A stretch of 57,315 bases of DNA from a virus. Taxonomy: Duplodnaviria; Caudoviricetes. Positions 55,899-57,315 of the stretch are shown one piece after another. The notes beneath the pieces were generated by a model. The model worked only from the letters and a program-made list of their open reading frames with translations, ran no database searches and had not been told where the DNA came from. Numbering within the stretch: position 1 is the stretch's first letter; each line of letters starts with the position of its first letter. The position numbers and the translations under genes are program-made. The stretch covers positions 1-57,315 of the IMG/VR virus record IMGVR_UViG_3300020175_000009; one strand, written 5' to 3'.

Positions 55899-57315
55899 GT
55901 GGCTTTTAAAGACTTATCACAACTAAAAGAGAACATTCTAACATCATCGGCATTGTCTGGTGATATAGAATTAAGATCCCCGGCCGGAATTAGTTTATAT
56001 CCTGACTCAGATAACTCAGGTGATGACAAAATAGTTTGGTTGAGAGATGGTGCGAGATTAGTTTTTGAAGGACCAATTGCTGACCCAAGAGAAATAAAAA
56101 TACAGGCACCTGAACCTACTGGTGTTACTGAAGATAGTGTATTAACTTTGCCCAGTATTACTGGTACATTTGCGTTACTTTCAGACGTTATAGATTCTGA
56201 AAGTGCATTGACAGCCTATATTGACGCAAGAGATGCAGCCACGTTAATTTCCGCTAACACTTACACTGATGATCGTGAAACAGCAATCACAATTGCATAT
56301 CAAACATACACTGATACAGCAGAAGCAGATGCAATCGCAACATCAAACTCATACACAGACGCCGCAGTATCATCAGGAACTGGAAGTTTAACAACTGATG
56401 ATATTCCTGAAGCATCTAACTTATATTATACTGATCTTAGAGTACAAACATACTTAACAGATAATAATTATACTACTGAGGCTTATGTGGACCAAGCAGA
56501 AGCAGATGCAATAACAGCATCAAATGCATACACAGACATACGTGAAACTGCAATTACATCTGCATATCAAACATATACAGATACAGCAGAATTAGATGCA
56601 GTAGCAACATCAAACTCATACACTGATGGTCGTGAAACTGTAATTACATCGGCATATCAAGCATACGCAGATACAGCAGAAGCAGATGCAAACACATACA
56701 CAGACACACGTGAAACTGTAATTACATCTGCATATCAAGCATACACTGATACAGCAGAAGCAGATGCAAACACATACACTGATACAAGAGAAACAGCAAT
56801 TACATCTGCGTATCAAACATACACTGATACAGCAGAAGCAGATGCAAACACATACACAGACACACGTGAAACTGCAATTACATCTGCATATCAAGCATAC
56901 GCAGATACAGCAGAAGCAGATGCAATTTCAACATCAACAACGTTCGCATTATCAGCTGCAAACGCAGCAAAAGCAGATGCAAACACATACACTGATACAA
57001 GAGAAACAGCAATTACATCTGCGTATCAAACATACACTGATACAGCAGAAGCAGATGCAATAGCAACAGCCTCGGCTGACGCAACATCAAAAGCAAATAC
57101 AGCAGAAACATCAGCCAATGCATATACAGATACACGTGAAACAGCAATCACAATTGCATATCAAACATACACTGATACAGCAGAGTCTGATGCAATAGCA
57201 ACAGCCTCGGCTGACGCAACATCAAAAGCAAATACAGCAGAAACATCAGCCAATGCATATACAGATACACGTGAAACAGCAATCACAATTGCATATCAAA
57301 CATACACTGATACAG
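55899..57315 (+). CDS. Third Ala/Thr-rich repeat fibre protein, truncated by the window end
   Basis: GGAGA SD, GTG start MAFKDLSQLKENILTSS..., LTTDDIPEASNLYYT motif, then YTDTRETAITSAYQTYTDTAEADA repeats in frame to the edge. Absent from the ORF track because there is no stop. Confidence 0.85.
   Translation, partial: MAFKDLSQLKENILTSSALSGDIELRSPAGISLYPDSDNSGDDKIVWLRDGARLVFEGPIADPREIKIQAPEPTGVTEDSVLTLPSITGTFALLSDVIDSESALTAYIDARDAATLISANTYTDDRETAITIAYQTYTDTAEADAIATSNSYTDAAVSSGTGSLTTDDIPEASNLYYTDLRVQTYLTDNNYTTEAYVDQAEADAITASNAYTDIRETAITSAYQTYTDTAELDAVATSNSYTDGRETVITSAYQAYADTAEADANTYTDTRETVITSAYQAYTDTAEADANTYTDTRETAITSAYQTYTDTAEADANTYTDTRETAITSAYQAYADTAEADAISTSTTFALSAANAAKADANTYTDTRETAITSAYQTYTDTAEADAIATASADATSKANTAETSANAYTDTRETAITIAYQTYTDTAESDAIATASADATSKANTAETSANAYTDTRETAITIAYQTYTDT
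56260..57315 (+). repeat. Intragenic tandem repeats (78-nt and 135-nt periods)
   Basis: 26-aa units around 56600-56900; a near-identical 135-nt unit at 57061 and 57196. Confidence 0.85.

Overview
A 57-kb piece of a large, AT-rich, T4-superfamily (Tevenvirus-related, jumbo-type) myophage genome using the standard genetic code. On the - strand (1-20044) lies a baseplate module: a >3350-aa virion protein missed by the ORF track because it runs off the window, gp6, gp25, an HNH gene, a degenerate lysozyme, gp5, a gp27-like hub, gp53, a gp48/54-like gene and an HxGH nucleotidyltransferase. On the + strand follow the gp55 late sigma factor, gp47, gp46 and a GIY-YIG-like gene. Next come a ~650-nt, densely base-paired non-coding region, a gp26/gp51-like pair on the - strand joined by a canonical-looking -1 ribosomal frameshift signal, two paralogous tape-measure-like genes, the head module (portal, core, protease, scaffold, major capsid) and about 20 kb of fibre/decoration genes with very long Ala-rich repeats. 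NNTAAATA late promoters precede most structural operons. The most promising undescribed elements are (1) the structured RNA / origin-like element next to the GIY-YIG gene, (2) the lambda G/GT-style frameshift in a T4-type gp26/gp51 pair, (3) a bistable RNA element between two fibre genes and (4) a free-standing, non-cleaving S74 chaperone domain. All functional calls rest on motif recognition by eye; no database search or folding program was run.
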